Shown here: in pieces, positions 13,470-25,400 of the stretch | Numbering within the stretch: position 1 is the first letter of the stretch | Layout: every line of letters begins with the position of its first letter | Assembly: GCF_009914755.1 (NCBI RefSeq) | Contig: NC_060932.1 | Strand: one strand, 5' to 3' | Length of the DNA: 64,000 nucleotides | Origin: the human T2T-CHM13v2.0 reference genome, Homo sapiens | Made by a program: the position numbers and the translations under genes | Notes under the pieces: generated by a model | Databases searched by the model: none | Told to the model about the DNA's origin: nothing | The model's input: only the letters and a program-made list of their open reading frames with translations

Positions 13470-15655
13470 AATGGTACCAAACATATTCTCCCACCAGAAA
13501 CAATTTAAAAGTGGACAAACAATATAAGTCAAGGTTTTCAGGATTGAATGACAAAGTATGTAAAATTACAATCCTTGAAGGAAGAAAATCACAAAAAGTG
13601 ATACCTACTTTTATCAAAGCTTTCGTTGGCATATGGAGATGGTGCCCATGCAGAGTATCTGGCTCCTTTTGACCTGAGAAGCTTTAGACTGAAATGTGGG
13701 TTTGAGGATGTAGCTGGAATTGTGGACAGGGTACTGAAAAGAAGAGAAATGCTAGAAGGGAGGAGGAAGTCAAGAAGGGGGTCTTGAGTGTTTGCATGGG
13801 GATTTCCCTGGGAAATTAGTCAAAGCCTAAGATCCATATGTGCAGGGAAAGCGTACACAAAGCCTCTCAATAAATGGCAACTGAGGAACAAAAAACAATA
13901 AAACTTCCAGAGACCATGCAATTGTTGGAGTTCAAATCCAGTCGTAATAAATAAACTTCACCGATTCTTTTAGGAAATTGGTAGAGATCCAAGTAAGAAC
14001 AAAACTTAAAAGTCAGAACCAAGCCATAACATTTCTCTTGGAAATAAAGAGAAAAGAAAAATAGAAATAACTAAGAACAAAGCAGTCTGAAGAGGTGTAA
14101 ATTATGCCAGTAAAGTTTCTGATGTAAAAAAACTCAAAAATCTTTTTTTTTAAAAGACAACATAATACAAACCCACTACAACATATTATCCATAAAGCCC
14201 ACCATAAAAACAAAACAAAACTACCAAAACCTTGACATACAAAGAAGCAGAAAAATGTGACCCGTGATCAGACAAAATAGGATTCAACAGAAACAAACCA
14301 AGAAATGACACAAGTATTGGAATTAATAGATAAGAATTTTAAAAGCCTAGTTATAAACATGTTAAAGGACTTAAAGGCACAGATAAACATAATTAGTTAA
14401 CAAATAATGAAATTTCAGTAGAGAAATTAAAGCTATAAAAACATTAGAAATCTTAGAATTAAAATTAACTATCTGAAATGAATAATTTATTAAGAGAATT
14501 TAACAGCGTATTCAAAATTGTAGGAAAAATATAAGTGAATCTGAAAACAAAAGAACAGGAATCATTTAACCTGAAGAACAGAGAGAAACAAAGTGTTTTT
14601 AATTAGCAAAGGCTTAGTGATATGTAGAGGAATATCAAGAGGTCTAATACACGCACAACTGGAGTCTAAGAAGAAGAGAAGCAATAAAATGGAATGAAAA
14701 AACATATATAAGATATGATGGCCCAAATACTACTAAATTTGTTTAAAATAATCAATCTACAGATTCAAAAAGTTTAGTAAACCTCCAATAGGATGAAAAA
14801 AACACCCATAGGCACATCATAGGAAAGCTGTAAAGAATCAAAAATGAAAAAAAAGTAAACTCAGCTAGAAAACAAAACAAAATACATTCATAAACGTATA
14901 ATAATGTAACTGCTAAATTTTTAACAGAAGCACTGAAGGTATATATATGTTTCAATATAGCACTCTGAGTTCACAGGATGCCTTCCTATCTTTCAGCACT
15001 TTAAATATGCTATTCATATATATATATATATTTTAATATTGGGGACGATATAAAGCATATTCAAGTAAGCTCTAAGTGAATTTTTTTTTTTGTTTTTTGA
15101 CATGAGGCACAAAACTATAGGGAATATTAAAGAAAGTCCCTCAGGCCTAAGAAAAGTAATACTCAATGTAAACTCAGATGTAACTGAAGGAATTAAGGAC
15201 AATAGAACTGGGAAATATGTGTGAACTACTATTTTAGTTCTATTAAATTATTTCATCCTGTACTATTGTTGTAGTACATTTTACATCTAAAAATATCTGA
15301 AACCACACAGTACAAAGCAATTATTTTTGTTCAGTTAATTATTTTTCATAATCTTTTAAAAAATCAGTAAAGTGCTACAAAAAAAAAAAAAAAGAATACT
15401 ATGTCATGACCAATTGAACTTATCCCAGGAATAGAAGGTTGGTTTGAGATTTTAAAAGACAACCTGTAATTTGCTACATTGAAGAAAAAATAAACAGAAA
15501 AACATGAGCACTCAATAGATGCAGAAAAACATTTGACAAGTACTAATACATTTTCACAATGAGAAAAAGTTAATAACTAGTAATGGAAGGAAAATTTCTC
15601 AGTCTGATAAAGGAAATCTACATAAAAATTTATATTTAACATAACATGCATTACT
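13470..15655 (+). mobile_element. Ancient L1M (L1M4/MD/ME-type): 5' UTR, ORF1 and ORF2 remnants with internal inversions
   Basis: ORF1-like gacatacaaagaagcagaaaaatgtgaccc...; ORF2-like atgaccaattgaacttatcccaggaat...ctcaatagatgcagaaaaacatttgacaa. Confidence 0.75.
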
Positions 15656-15661
15656 GAAATA

Positions 15662-15840
15662 CAGGTTGAGTAACCTTTATCCAAAATGCTTGGGGCCAGA
15701 AATGCTTCATATTTCAATTTTTTTTCAGATTTGGAAACATTTGCATATAAATAATGAGATATCTTGGGGATGGGATCCAAGTCTAAACACAAAATTCATT
15801 TATGATTTCTATATACCTTATACATACACATAGGCTGAAG
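15662..15840. mobile_element. Tigger4b/MER46B fragment, one end only
   Basis: TA followed by TIR caggttgagtaacctttatccaaaatgcttgggg...gagatatcttggggatggga. Confidence 0.8.
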
Positions 15841-15892
15841 GGAGCTACAATTCAAGATGAGATTTGGACAGGGAAACAGCCAAACCATATCA
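15841..15892 (-). mobile_element. THE1/MST LTR terminal fragment, 52 bp
   Basis: ggagctacaattcaagatgagatttgg...cagccaaaccatatca. Confidence 0.85.
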
Positions 15893-18264
15893 CATATTTA
15901 TCTCAGTAGATGCTCAAAGATGATTTGACAAAACCCAACACTCAGTTTAAAAACTCTTGGAAAAACAGGAATGGATGGATATTTCCTTAATGTAATATTG
16001 TATAAATACATCAATCTAAAATCAATATCTTATTTAAAGGAGGAAATTAAAGGAGAAAGAGCAATTTCCACTAGGGTCAGAAACAGGGCATGGGTATCTA
16101 CCATTTTTGCCACTATTTAACATCATTGTAGAGCTACCAGTCAATTCAATCAGGAAAAGGAAACTGAAGAAATATGACAATAGAGAAGAGAAGTAAAACT
16201 ATACCTATCCGCAAATGACATAGTAGTTTACCTGGAAAACTTTAGAGAAGCAATGATAAACCTAATTCAAAAAATAAGAATTCTGCAAATTAGCAAATAG
16301 AACACTAAATGCAAAAAAAAATACAGGCACAAATGATAATCAGTTAGAAGAAGATATAAACACTGAGAAATCTCATACCAAAGTAACAAAAAAATGTTCA
16401 GAAATATACCCAAGTATATAAAAGATCCAATACATGATAAAAGTGGTATCTCAAATTACTAGGACAAATGCGATCTTTTTAATAGATTGTGTTAGAGAAG
16501 ATGGATAGCTATTTAGAAAAAGGTAAAATCATTTTCTGTTCTTCAAACAATACATCAGAATAAACCACAAGTAGATCAAAGATACATAAAATGTAAAGCT
16601 ATATAATAACTGAAGAAAAATTTATTAAATTCCTCTATACTGGGTATAGGAAAAGCTATCAAAATATGCCTAAAAATCCAGCTACAATAAAATATGTATA
16701 CATTTGACCACATAATAACAACAGGAAGCTTTCAAAGGAAAATACATAATAAGCCAATGATGTGACAGTCTGGAAAAATGTTTGAAATATATTACAAACA
16801 AAGTGTTCATATTCTGATTTATGAAGAACTTTTGACATTTGAGGAGAAAATGATTACAAATTCTTTAGAAAATTGGGCAAAATCATAAACACACAATTCA
16901 ATATATAAAATAGCCTTAAACACGTGAAAAGATGTTTCATTTTGCTCATGGTAATAGACACACAAATTTGACTGTACTGAGATGCCATTTCTCAACAGTT
17001 TGAAAAAATTGGAAAGCTTAATAAAATACTCTGTTAGTGAGGTTGTAGGAAACAGGCACTCTTACAAACTGCAGGTGAAGATTACAGAAGTCATAGATCC
17101 GTTTGATGAAAGAGCCCAGCCACAGAGGCACCCTCACAGAAATGAGCACAACTAGTGACTAAAATTTATTCTCTTAACATTTTCTAGGGAAAGAAACGAG
17201 GGCTCCTTGGAGAAATGGCTGATTCTAGAACTAGGACAGGCCAGGAATAAGATCCTGGAATGTCTTGTTATGCTAGGAAGTTATGAAGTTTAGTTAAGAC
17301 AGTCACAAGCATACAGGAGCTTGAATGGGAACCCACTGGGCTAAATCCACGGCAACCTTAGCACCAAAATATTAAATGTATTAAGCATCAAGATAACTAG
17401 TAAAGTAATAATCATAATAAAATTGAAAAAATTAATGCAAAGGCCTATACATATAAAATGATCATTTATAAATAACAACGAAGAGAGGCAGTTCTCTTGC
17501 TTATACTAGAAAGTCAAATATTGGCTGGTTGATGTGGTAATAAATCTATAATACATAATCAAGATTGGATCAGCCAAAAATTATCAGTGGATTGGAAATC
17601 TAGGAGCTTTTTAAGAGCAGTGAGATATTTGCATGGCCTGAAAATGTTTTTTAGCAGACAGTTTATTAATTGCAAAGGGGGAAGTAACTATACAGTGGGG
17701 AAAATTGACCTGTTCAAGTAATTAAAAGGAACATTGCCACTAAGGGATCTATGTACACTATATGCCTTCTGATGCGGAACACTTATAAGGACCAAACATT
17801 ACCTGTGTAGTATTCCAGCTGAGAATTCATAACTTCTTTCTAATTATGAGAAACAACAGACAAACCCCAAATAATAAAAGTTATATTCTTTTAAAAGAGC
17901 AAGGAATAAGAGAAGTATGTTCTTCAGAAATATCAATGTCATAAACTAGAAAGCCTATGTAAATATTTCAGATGAAAGGAAGCTAAAATGTTATGGCGGC
18001 TAAATGCAATACCCAAATTTTGTTGGATCTTGTACTGGAGATTTAAAAAATGCAAAGAAGGGCATTATTGTGTCAATTTGCAAAATTGAAATAAAAATAG
18101 ATGATAGTATTGTATTGATATTAAATCCACTGAAATTGAAAACTGTACTCTGATAATGTACGAAAATGTCCCTAAGAAAATTCATCTTGAAGAATAGGAG
18201 TAAAGAGCTGCAATGTTTGTAATTCATTCTCAAATGACTTAGGAGAAAATACACACAGACACAG

Positions 18265-18299
<35 letters not shown>

Positions 18300-18440
18300 G
18301 GTAAGGAGGCCAGGACAAATAAAGCAAATGGTGTAAAATGTAGATAATAGGTCAATCTGAGTAAAGGCTACATGGTTATTTTTTTCATGTTTTTATTTTT
18401 GCCATTTTTCTGTAAGTTTGAATTTATTTTTAAAAATTTA
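15893..18440 (+). mobile_element. Ancient L1 ORF2 remnant plus L1MC3/4-like 3' UTR; possibly two elements
   Basis: atctcagtagatgc...tttgacaaaa; gcaaatgacatagtagtttacctggaaaac; 3' UTR gggctccttggagaaatggctgattc; ends tttctgtaagtttgaattt. Confidence 0.75.
18266..18296. repeat. (CA)n microsatellite
   Basis: CA run inside the L1MC 3' UTR. Confidence 0.97.
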
Positions 18441-18519
18441 ATATAAAGCAAAGTAAAGAGACCCCAGGTTATCTTGCAACTGATTTCTAAGCGCTTAATC
18501 TGTTTTGGTTCTTTTTACT

Positions 18520-18920
18520 ACTTTATTCTACCATGCAGGTCTCCTTGCTGTTTTGCTGAGTTTTAGCAAGCAAAATACTCACCTGAGGGCCTTTACACCT
18601 GCTCTCTCTTCCTTACATATTTTGCCCCTTATTTCATTCAGTTCTGTACTAAAAGATTGTCTTATCAGAGAGACATATCCTTATTAGCTCTTCCAAAATG
18701 GCACTCACCTTCATCCATTAATATCCCTTAAACTGATTTATTTTCCTCAAAGCACTTGCTATTACTTAACATGTTATATGTTTGCTGTTTACTTTTTATC
18801 TCCCCTTAGTAGAACACTAGTCAATAAGAGCAGGGACTTTGTTTTATTCCCTACTACAACCCTGGAACATAAACAGTTCCCGGAACAACGCAGACACTCA
18901 ATGCGCATTTGTTGACAAAG
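18520..18920 (+). mobile_element. L2 3' fragment
   Basis: gagggcctttacacctgct...agagcagggactttgtttt...cactcaatgcgcatttgttga. Confidence 0.7.
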
Positions 18921-20257
18921 CAGTAAATGCTTTGAAGGTTAAGTAAATGCATGAAGGTTAAATAAGAAATATGAATTTATGAAATTCAAATAAATAATGT
19001 AGATGATGACAAAAGGATTACTGTTCCTAAAGATTTTTAAACAGTTTTCTAATTTACAAAGGCTTTGGAAATTAGGTAGACATAATTCTAAAAATTCTTA
19101 TTTTCTATAATGTTTTATTAAAATCTGTTATTTTTCCTAATAAATACTTAAATTTAACCAAAAATTTTCATTGGAAATCCTAAAAATTATATTCACTAAT
19201 CAGTAAAAACAGGGAAGATCTCTCTTCTTCTTTTAATCTTTAAATTTAGAAAACCTGTATAAAAAAGAAGAGTCTTTGTAAGTGCCTTTGGAATATTTCA
19301 ATATCTATTGATATGTATGGGCAATAATCATGAAATATAATGAATATGTCATTTCAAGAAACCAAGTTCTGCTATAAAACATTATTTTCATAAATATAAA
19401 GAATAAGATTTTAAAAACGTAACACATTTTCAAAGTACTGTATGAGTCCAAAGAATTTTACGAGGAGAAATAACTATCATTTCTCATCACCATGTAGATA
19501 AAAATTGTACATGGTTATCTTATATGCTTGAGTTATTTTCAGACAAATTATGTATTATAAATCACTAAATGTACTCTGTATATTTGCACTTTCAAATTAA
19601 GGTTGCTTTCATATCATTTTCCCTAATGAAAACATTTCAAAACAACTCATATTGACCTTTTTATTTTAATCAAGCATAAGAGTTGTGATTGTGATTTTTA
19701 TAATGATTCCCATGGCTTTATAGACAATTTGACATACTTTCAAAGAAATTGGAATTTTTGTTCGATGTTAATTCCTTTTGCATTTCTGAATTTTCACATG
19801 ATATTTCGGCTTATTTTGTTTTTTGCAAGTTTGTGCAAATTGTTTGAAATTAGCTCACATTCAGGTGGTTATTTAAAAAATGAACTATTTTTGAGATCAT
19901 GTTCCTCTTGTTTATTACTTCCTGAGATATACTTCATTTTGCTTATTCCTAAAAAGAGTATTAAATATTATTTATTTATTTCTATTTTTCCAACAACTTC
20001 CTTTACTAAACAGGTCATTTTAATATTTACTCAAAAGTATAACTCCATATTAATTAATAAATTAATATTATTTTTGAATGAATTAATATTTACTCAAAAT
20101 ATAGCTCATTTTAATATTTACTAATATTACTAATTGCTGCTTTTTTAAAGCAAGTCAGATTTTATTGTTAGCTCAATGAAATTTACTATAAATTAATTTT
20201 AATCTAGCATAATTTTTAAGATTTTTGTGTTCTGATATAAAATAATATGTCACCAAG

Positions 20258-20430
20258 TGCAAGCTCTATGACTTCCTTGTTTTGTGACCTTGGGACTTTT
20301 TGAAATTCTTCGTTTCCTAGTTTCTTTATTTGTAACATGAGTATGGCATTAGTACCTGCTCAGTATGGTTGCAACAAACAGAAAAGGATTAATGATTGTA
20401 AAACACTTTGAAGAGGACATGGTTCATTGC
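20258..20430 (+). mobile_element. MIR SINE
   Basis: tgtgaccttggg core; agtttctttatttgtaacatgag...tgtaaaacact. Confidence 0.6.
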
Positions 20431-20652
20431 AATAATATATATTAGCCTTTATTATTTATATATATTTTTACAACACATGCTGACATGGAGAAGTTTCAAA
20501 ACATTTTTGACAATTTTCAACTTGTCAAGTATACATATATATATATATATTTATCTTAAAATTATTGAACATTTAGTGTCTGTGGTTTTATTCTTTCATT
20601 ATTTCATCAAATATATATCAGGCACTTTTTAAGGCAAAATCCTACTTTAAGC

Positions 20653-20695
20653 TGTGTGTGTTTATGTGTGTGTATGTGTGTGTGTGTGTGTGTGT
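20653..20695. repeat. Imperfect (TG)n microsatellite
   Basis: Interrupted TG run. Confidence 0.9.
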
Positions 20696-22148
20696 CGGTA
20701 AAGTATTCATGTATCTGTGTGTTGTATATAAGGAAAAAAAAACATGTTTCTGCTACTAAAATACATATAATATTATTTCCAGCTACTAATCGGTAATGGC
20801 AGGCAAGTATACAAGTAATTCCAAGGAAAAAAAGAAACTTAAGAAAGAATTAAAATCCTGAATGTGGGCTGAAAATGAAAATGATCATCCACATTTTTTC
20901 TAGCATGTTCCTACAACATCTAATCTTCAGTTAAGACAAATGAACAATAATACCATGGATTTCCCATCAGATAGACCAGATAGATGTCCTACAATTTCAC
21001 ACCTTCAAAGACCTACACAAAAATTTCCCAAGAAGTCTAGGTGCTATTCGTTTTTGGTTAAATAGTATATTTTCTTTGTATTCTGTGCTTAATATTGTTT
21101 TAGGTTCTGCTTTTTAAAACCTCAACATTTTAATCTAACTTTGGGTTTTATACTAATTCCTCTTTGGTTGATTTTTATTTTGTATTTGCCCATTACTGAA
21201 ACTGGTCCTCCTGTCTCTATTTTGCTTCAATAAACCCCATTCATCTATAGACATCTACAATCGAGGCTTTACATTCTCTGAAAACAACAAACATATTTTG
21301 TGAAAATATTAATGGAATTATATAATGAATTACTATCCCTAACAAACATCCATTTATGTCAATTATTATTCTCAAACTGTGTCACCTATATAAATAAATG
21401 ACATTTGTATTTTCATTTAATCTACCTTCTAATTATATATAACATCTGTTTGTAGCAATATATTTTTAACTTAGAATTTTTGTGAACAGTAAATACATTA
21501 GAGGCAACTAAAATATGTTATTACATGGATATCACACTGCAATAATAATTTACCTAAATAATATTTATATAGTGGGTCCTTAAAAATAGAACATTATAAT
21601 TACTATAAAATTTGTGTGTGTATTAACCACCTGTGTCTTCCAACATTCACAGAGGAGAGGCAATAGATGTGTCTTGTACAATGATTAAATTCTGGCTCTT
21701 GTGTAAATTTTTTTTTTTAATTTTTCTCCTTATCTTCTCATTTACCTTTGATTATTAAGTTCATCTAAGAGGTATGAAATGCATTGTGAAATGGGGATTC
21801 ATTTGCTTATTGAAATAGAATTTCAGCATCTGTGTGCAATTACTAAAAATTTAGCTTGAAAGGTAAAATTTTCTATCTCAGCAATTTAGAGCTAAATAAA
21901 TATATGTATTACTGTTTTCTTCTCTTAATCTTAATATGAATCTGATCATTTTGAGAAGTATGAAGGAGATTATTTCAGAGGTCCTGCCCATTAAATGCCA
22001 TGCTCTTTTCCATTACTGAGTTAAAGGTGTTTATATTAATTGCAAAGAAAACATGGAAAGGCAGTGTTGTTACCTAACGTCCTAGGATTATCAAATTTGA
22101 TTAATAATTAGGGAAAGCAGAGGAGTGACTAATTCCATTGAAGTATCA

Positions 22149-22197
22149 TTTTGGTGCATTAATGGCAAAAATTGTAATTATTTCTGCACCGTCCTGA
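22149..22197. mobile_element. Internally deleted MADE1 (Hsmar1 MITE)
   Basis: ttggtgca joined to ttaatggcaaaaattgtaattatttctgcacc. Confidence 0.6.
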
Positions 22198-22378
22198 AAA
22201 TATCCAGAAAGAACATTCAGAAAAAGTTCTCTGTTCTTCTCTTGTCCACTAGTGTTACCTTTTAGTTTAATTTATTGTTTCTGCTCTCCTTTCTACTAGT
22301 CAGATGTCCCATTTCTTTTATCTCATCAGTGAGAATTTATCTGAATATGTTAAGAAGCCAGAGCAGTTTAGCTTTTAA

Positions 22379-22471
22379 GGAACTGGAAGCCATTATCCTT
22401 AGCAAATTAACACAGGAACAGAAAATCAAATACCACATGTTCTTACTTATAAGTGGGGGCTAAATGACGAG
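22379..22471 (+). mobile_element. Short internal L1PA fragment spanning the ORF2 end
   Basis: ggaactggaagccattatccttagcaaattaacacaggaacagaaaatcaaataccacatgttc (ELEAIILSKLTQEQK). Confidence 0.9.
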
Positions 22472-22718
22472 AGAAAAAAAATTCTACTCTTCTTTACTTA
22501 TTGGTACACTGACTAAACAAATGTGCTACATTGACAAGATATTGTTAATTACATAGACAAATTTCTTTGAGCGCACTCTGCCAAGAACAGTTGGTATGAA
22601 TGTCAGATGAGTAACATACAATTCAGGGGGAAAAAAGCTAGATAATGAAAGGAAATTTTGAGTTAGAGCTGTACCTGCGAGTCTCCAGAGAATTTCTTTC
22701 TTTAATCAGGTTAGTGTT

Positions 22719-23098
22719 TGATATGGTCTGGTTCTATGTCCCCACCCAAATCTCATACTGAATTGTAATCCGAATTGTAATCCCCACTTGTTGAAGAACG
22801 GACCTCATGGGAAGTGAGTAGATCATGAAGGCTGTTCCCCCCTGCTGTCCTCATGATAGTGAGTGACTTCTCACGAGATCTGATGGTTTTATAAAGGGCT
22901 TTTTCCCCCTTCCCACTGCACTTCTCCTTCCTGCTGCCACGTAAAGAAGGATGTGTTTGCTTCCTCTTCCACCATGACTGTAAGTTTCCTGAGTTCTCCC
23001 CAGGCCTGTGAATCTGTGAATCAATCAAACCTCTTTTCTTTATAAATTACCCAGCCTTGGGCAGTTCTTCGTAGCAGCGGTGAGAATGGACTAATACA
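22719..23098 (+). mobile_element. THE1D/MSTA-like MaLR solo LTR
   Basis: tgatatgg...ctaataca; perfect TSD gtgtt. Confidence 0.92.
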
Positions 23099-24397
23099 GT
23101 GTTATAATGTTATTATAGTGGCTCACAGTTTTTCATAGTTCTTAGTATTTTCCTCATAAGAAGGAGGAATGTGATGTAAATAAATCTTCATATTAAAAAT
23201 ATTACATGGATACCAACTAATGTGCCCAAACCACAAATATTAAAATCTGCTATGACTAATTAATATGGCTACAACATGGTTTATACAACTTTACATAAAT
23301 GTATGTAACTACATTATATAGATATACTGCAATCCTATCCTTGCAAGTCAAAAAGCAGTTCCACAGATGGCATGTATGAGTATGTCTGAAAAAGCAGATG
23401 TTTGACCTGGAGTCATTTCTATCATGCATATGGTCCATCCCTTGGTTCGTTTTTCTGGCCATTGTTGAATGACTTGTCCAGCCAGTGTTCTGCAATGCCT
23501 TAGTGGAAATTAACTCATGCACTACTGGTTGTTAGAAACGATGAAGTTAGTGTTGCTTCTTGATTGTCAACACATATTCCACTATTTAAAATATGAATTC
23601 TAGATCCTCAGAAGAAAGCAGTGCACGGGACTAGGATTAAAAGCCTTAAAACTCTTTTCCTGCCCCTGAAGCAGGCTTCCTTGAAGCTGTTGCGGAAGTA
23701 ATTTACCTTTCTGCAACTGCTTCCTTATATGAACAATAGGTATAACAATTGTCTTTCATATCCCATAAAGATATAATAAAGATAAAATTTGATATGTTTT
23801 GAAACAATTTGACAATTGTACCATGATACAGGATATTGATATTACTGACTTTCTGGGATTGCTTCTGCCTAATATTATCTACATTTACCACTCACAAAAT
23901 CAGATACTTTACTAGGATTATTCTATTTTACATAGAAATGGAAATATAGTACAGATTGGGTTTTAAAATAAGCAAAAGGACTTGCTCTTGTTCTCTTCCT
24001 TTTGTACACACTTTCCACAACAATATTCTTTTACATCATTATTTTTATTCATTTATCAAAAAATGGAAAAAAGGAGAAAATGAGAACAAATAAAAATTAG
24101 AGAAATAACAGAAGCCTTGTAGAGGAGAAGCTGGAAAACTTTTATAGTAATTTCTCCTGTAAAATAATGTTAATAGCAAATTCTGATGTCAATAAAGAAA
24201 GGTTGTGGGGTCTGTCCATTCTAGGACATGTGCCTTACTTCATCAATAGCCAGAGTAGAATGGATTAAAAGAGAATGATTGGCTCTGATCTAACTCAAAA
24301 GAAATTAAGATATTGAATCTCTTAAATCTCTTAGGAAACAAATTTACTAATTAAAAAGAAATATAACTTTATAAGGATCAGGCATGAATATCATACA

Positions 24398-24757
24398 TGA
24401 TATGGTTTGAGTCTTTTTCCCCACTCAAATCTCACCTAGAATTGTAATCCCCATGTGTCAGGGGAGGTACCTGGTGGGAGGTGATTGGATCATGGAAGTG
24501 GTTTTCCCCAGAGTTTTCTCGCGATAGTGAGTTCTCATGAGATCTGATTGTTTAAAAGTGTTTGGCAGTTCCTGCCTCTCTTGTGCTCTCTCCTGCCACC
24601 TTGTGAAGAAGATGCTTGCTTTTCCTTCACGTTCCACCATAATTATGTTTTCTGAGGCCACCCCAGTCATGTGGAACTGTGAGTCAATTAAACTTCCTTT
24701 ATTTATAAATTACCCCATCGCAGGTTCTTTGTAGAAGTGTGAAAATGCACCGATACA
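24398..24757 (+). mobile_element. MSTA/B-like MaLR solo LTR
   Basis: tgatatggtttg...gataca; perfect TSD ataca. Confidence 0.92.
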
Positions 24758-25252
24758 ATACACAGTCTCTCTAGAAACACTCATAGAGTGCTAGTTTAAT
24801 AATTACAGTAAATCAAGAGCTTAATGAAAATCTCTCCAAAATTTGTCTATCAAGATGACTAAAGATCAAGCCACCTAAGTCAAAATTAGAAGTCACATAA
24901 TCTGTGTTCTTAGGTCATTTTTTTAAATTTCACCTCTCTTACAACAATAAATTGGGGTTATCATGTTATATTTTGCCTTGTTTTTTGGTATATTTTTATG
25001 TTGGTTGTTAACATAATAATATAATGTAATAACATAATAATATAAGCTATAGCTTATGGTCTTCATGTTTTTAAATAAAGAAGGTTTTCCTGTCTTCTTA
25101 AAAACTTGAAACATTTTGATTTTGCCATCATATATTTAATTTGTTTACACACCATATTTCAGGTCCACCTTCCCCTATCTCTGCCTAATTATAGGAGTAA
25201 GGTAAAGATAATAAAAGTAACAAAAGGAAACCTGAATTATGATTACATAGTG

Positions 25253-25400
25253 CTTTGTATTTCAAAATTTATTTCATTGTATTATCTGGACATTGGGCTC
25301 AAAATGTGTAAACTCTAATAGTTCTATGTTTATAAGGCACCTACTCTTAGTCTCAGATAAAAAATTCACTGGAGCTGTACAAAAATTTGGGTATTGTACA
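25253..25400 (+). repeat. Left arm of an unassigned inverted repeat
   Basis: Blocks tctggacattgggctc, tgtaaactctaatagttct and tcactggagctgtacaaaaatttg recur reverse-complemented at 27319-27460. Confidence 0.9.

Noticed and set aside
19729-20124. 131-aa ORF and degenerate ttaatatttact repeats at ~20015-20122
   Set aside because: F/L/I-rich product of AT-rich low-complexity DNA with local slippage; no gene structure.
23256-23560. Non-repetitive, slightly GC-richer stretch with an 88-aa reverse ORF
   Set aside because: No recognisable homology or convincing splice signals; conservation cannot be assessed from the sequence alone.
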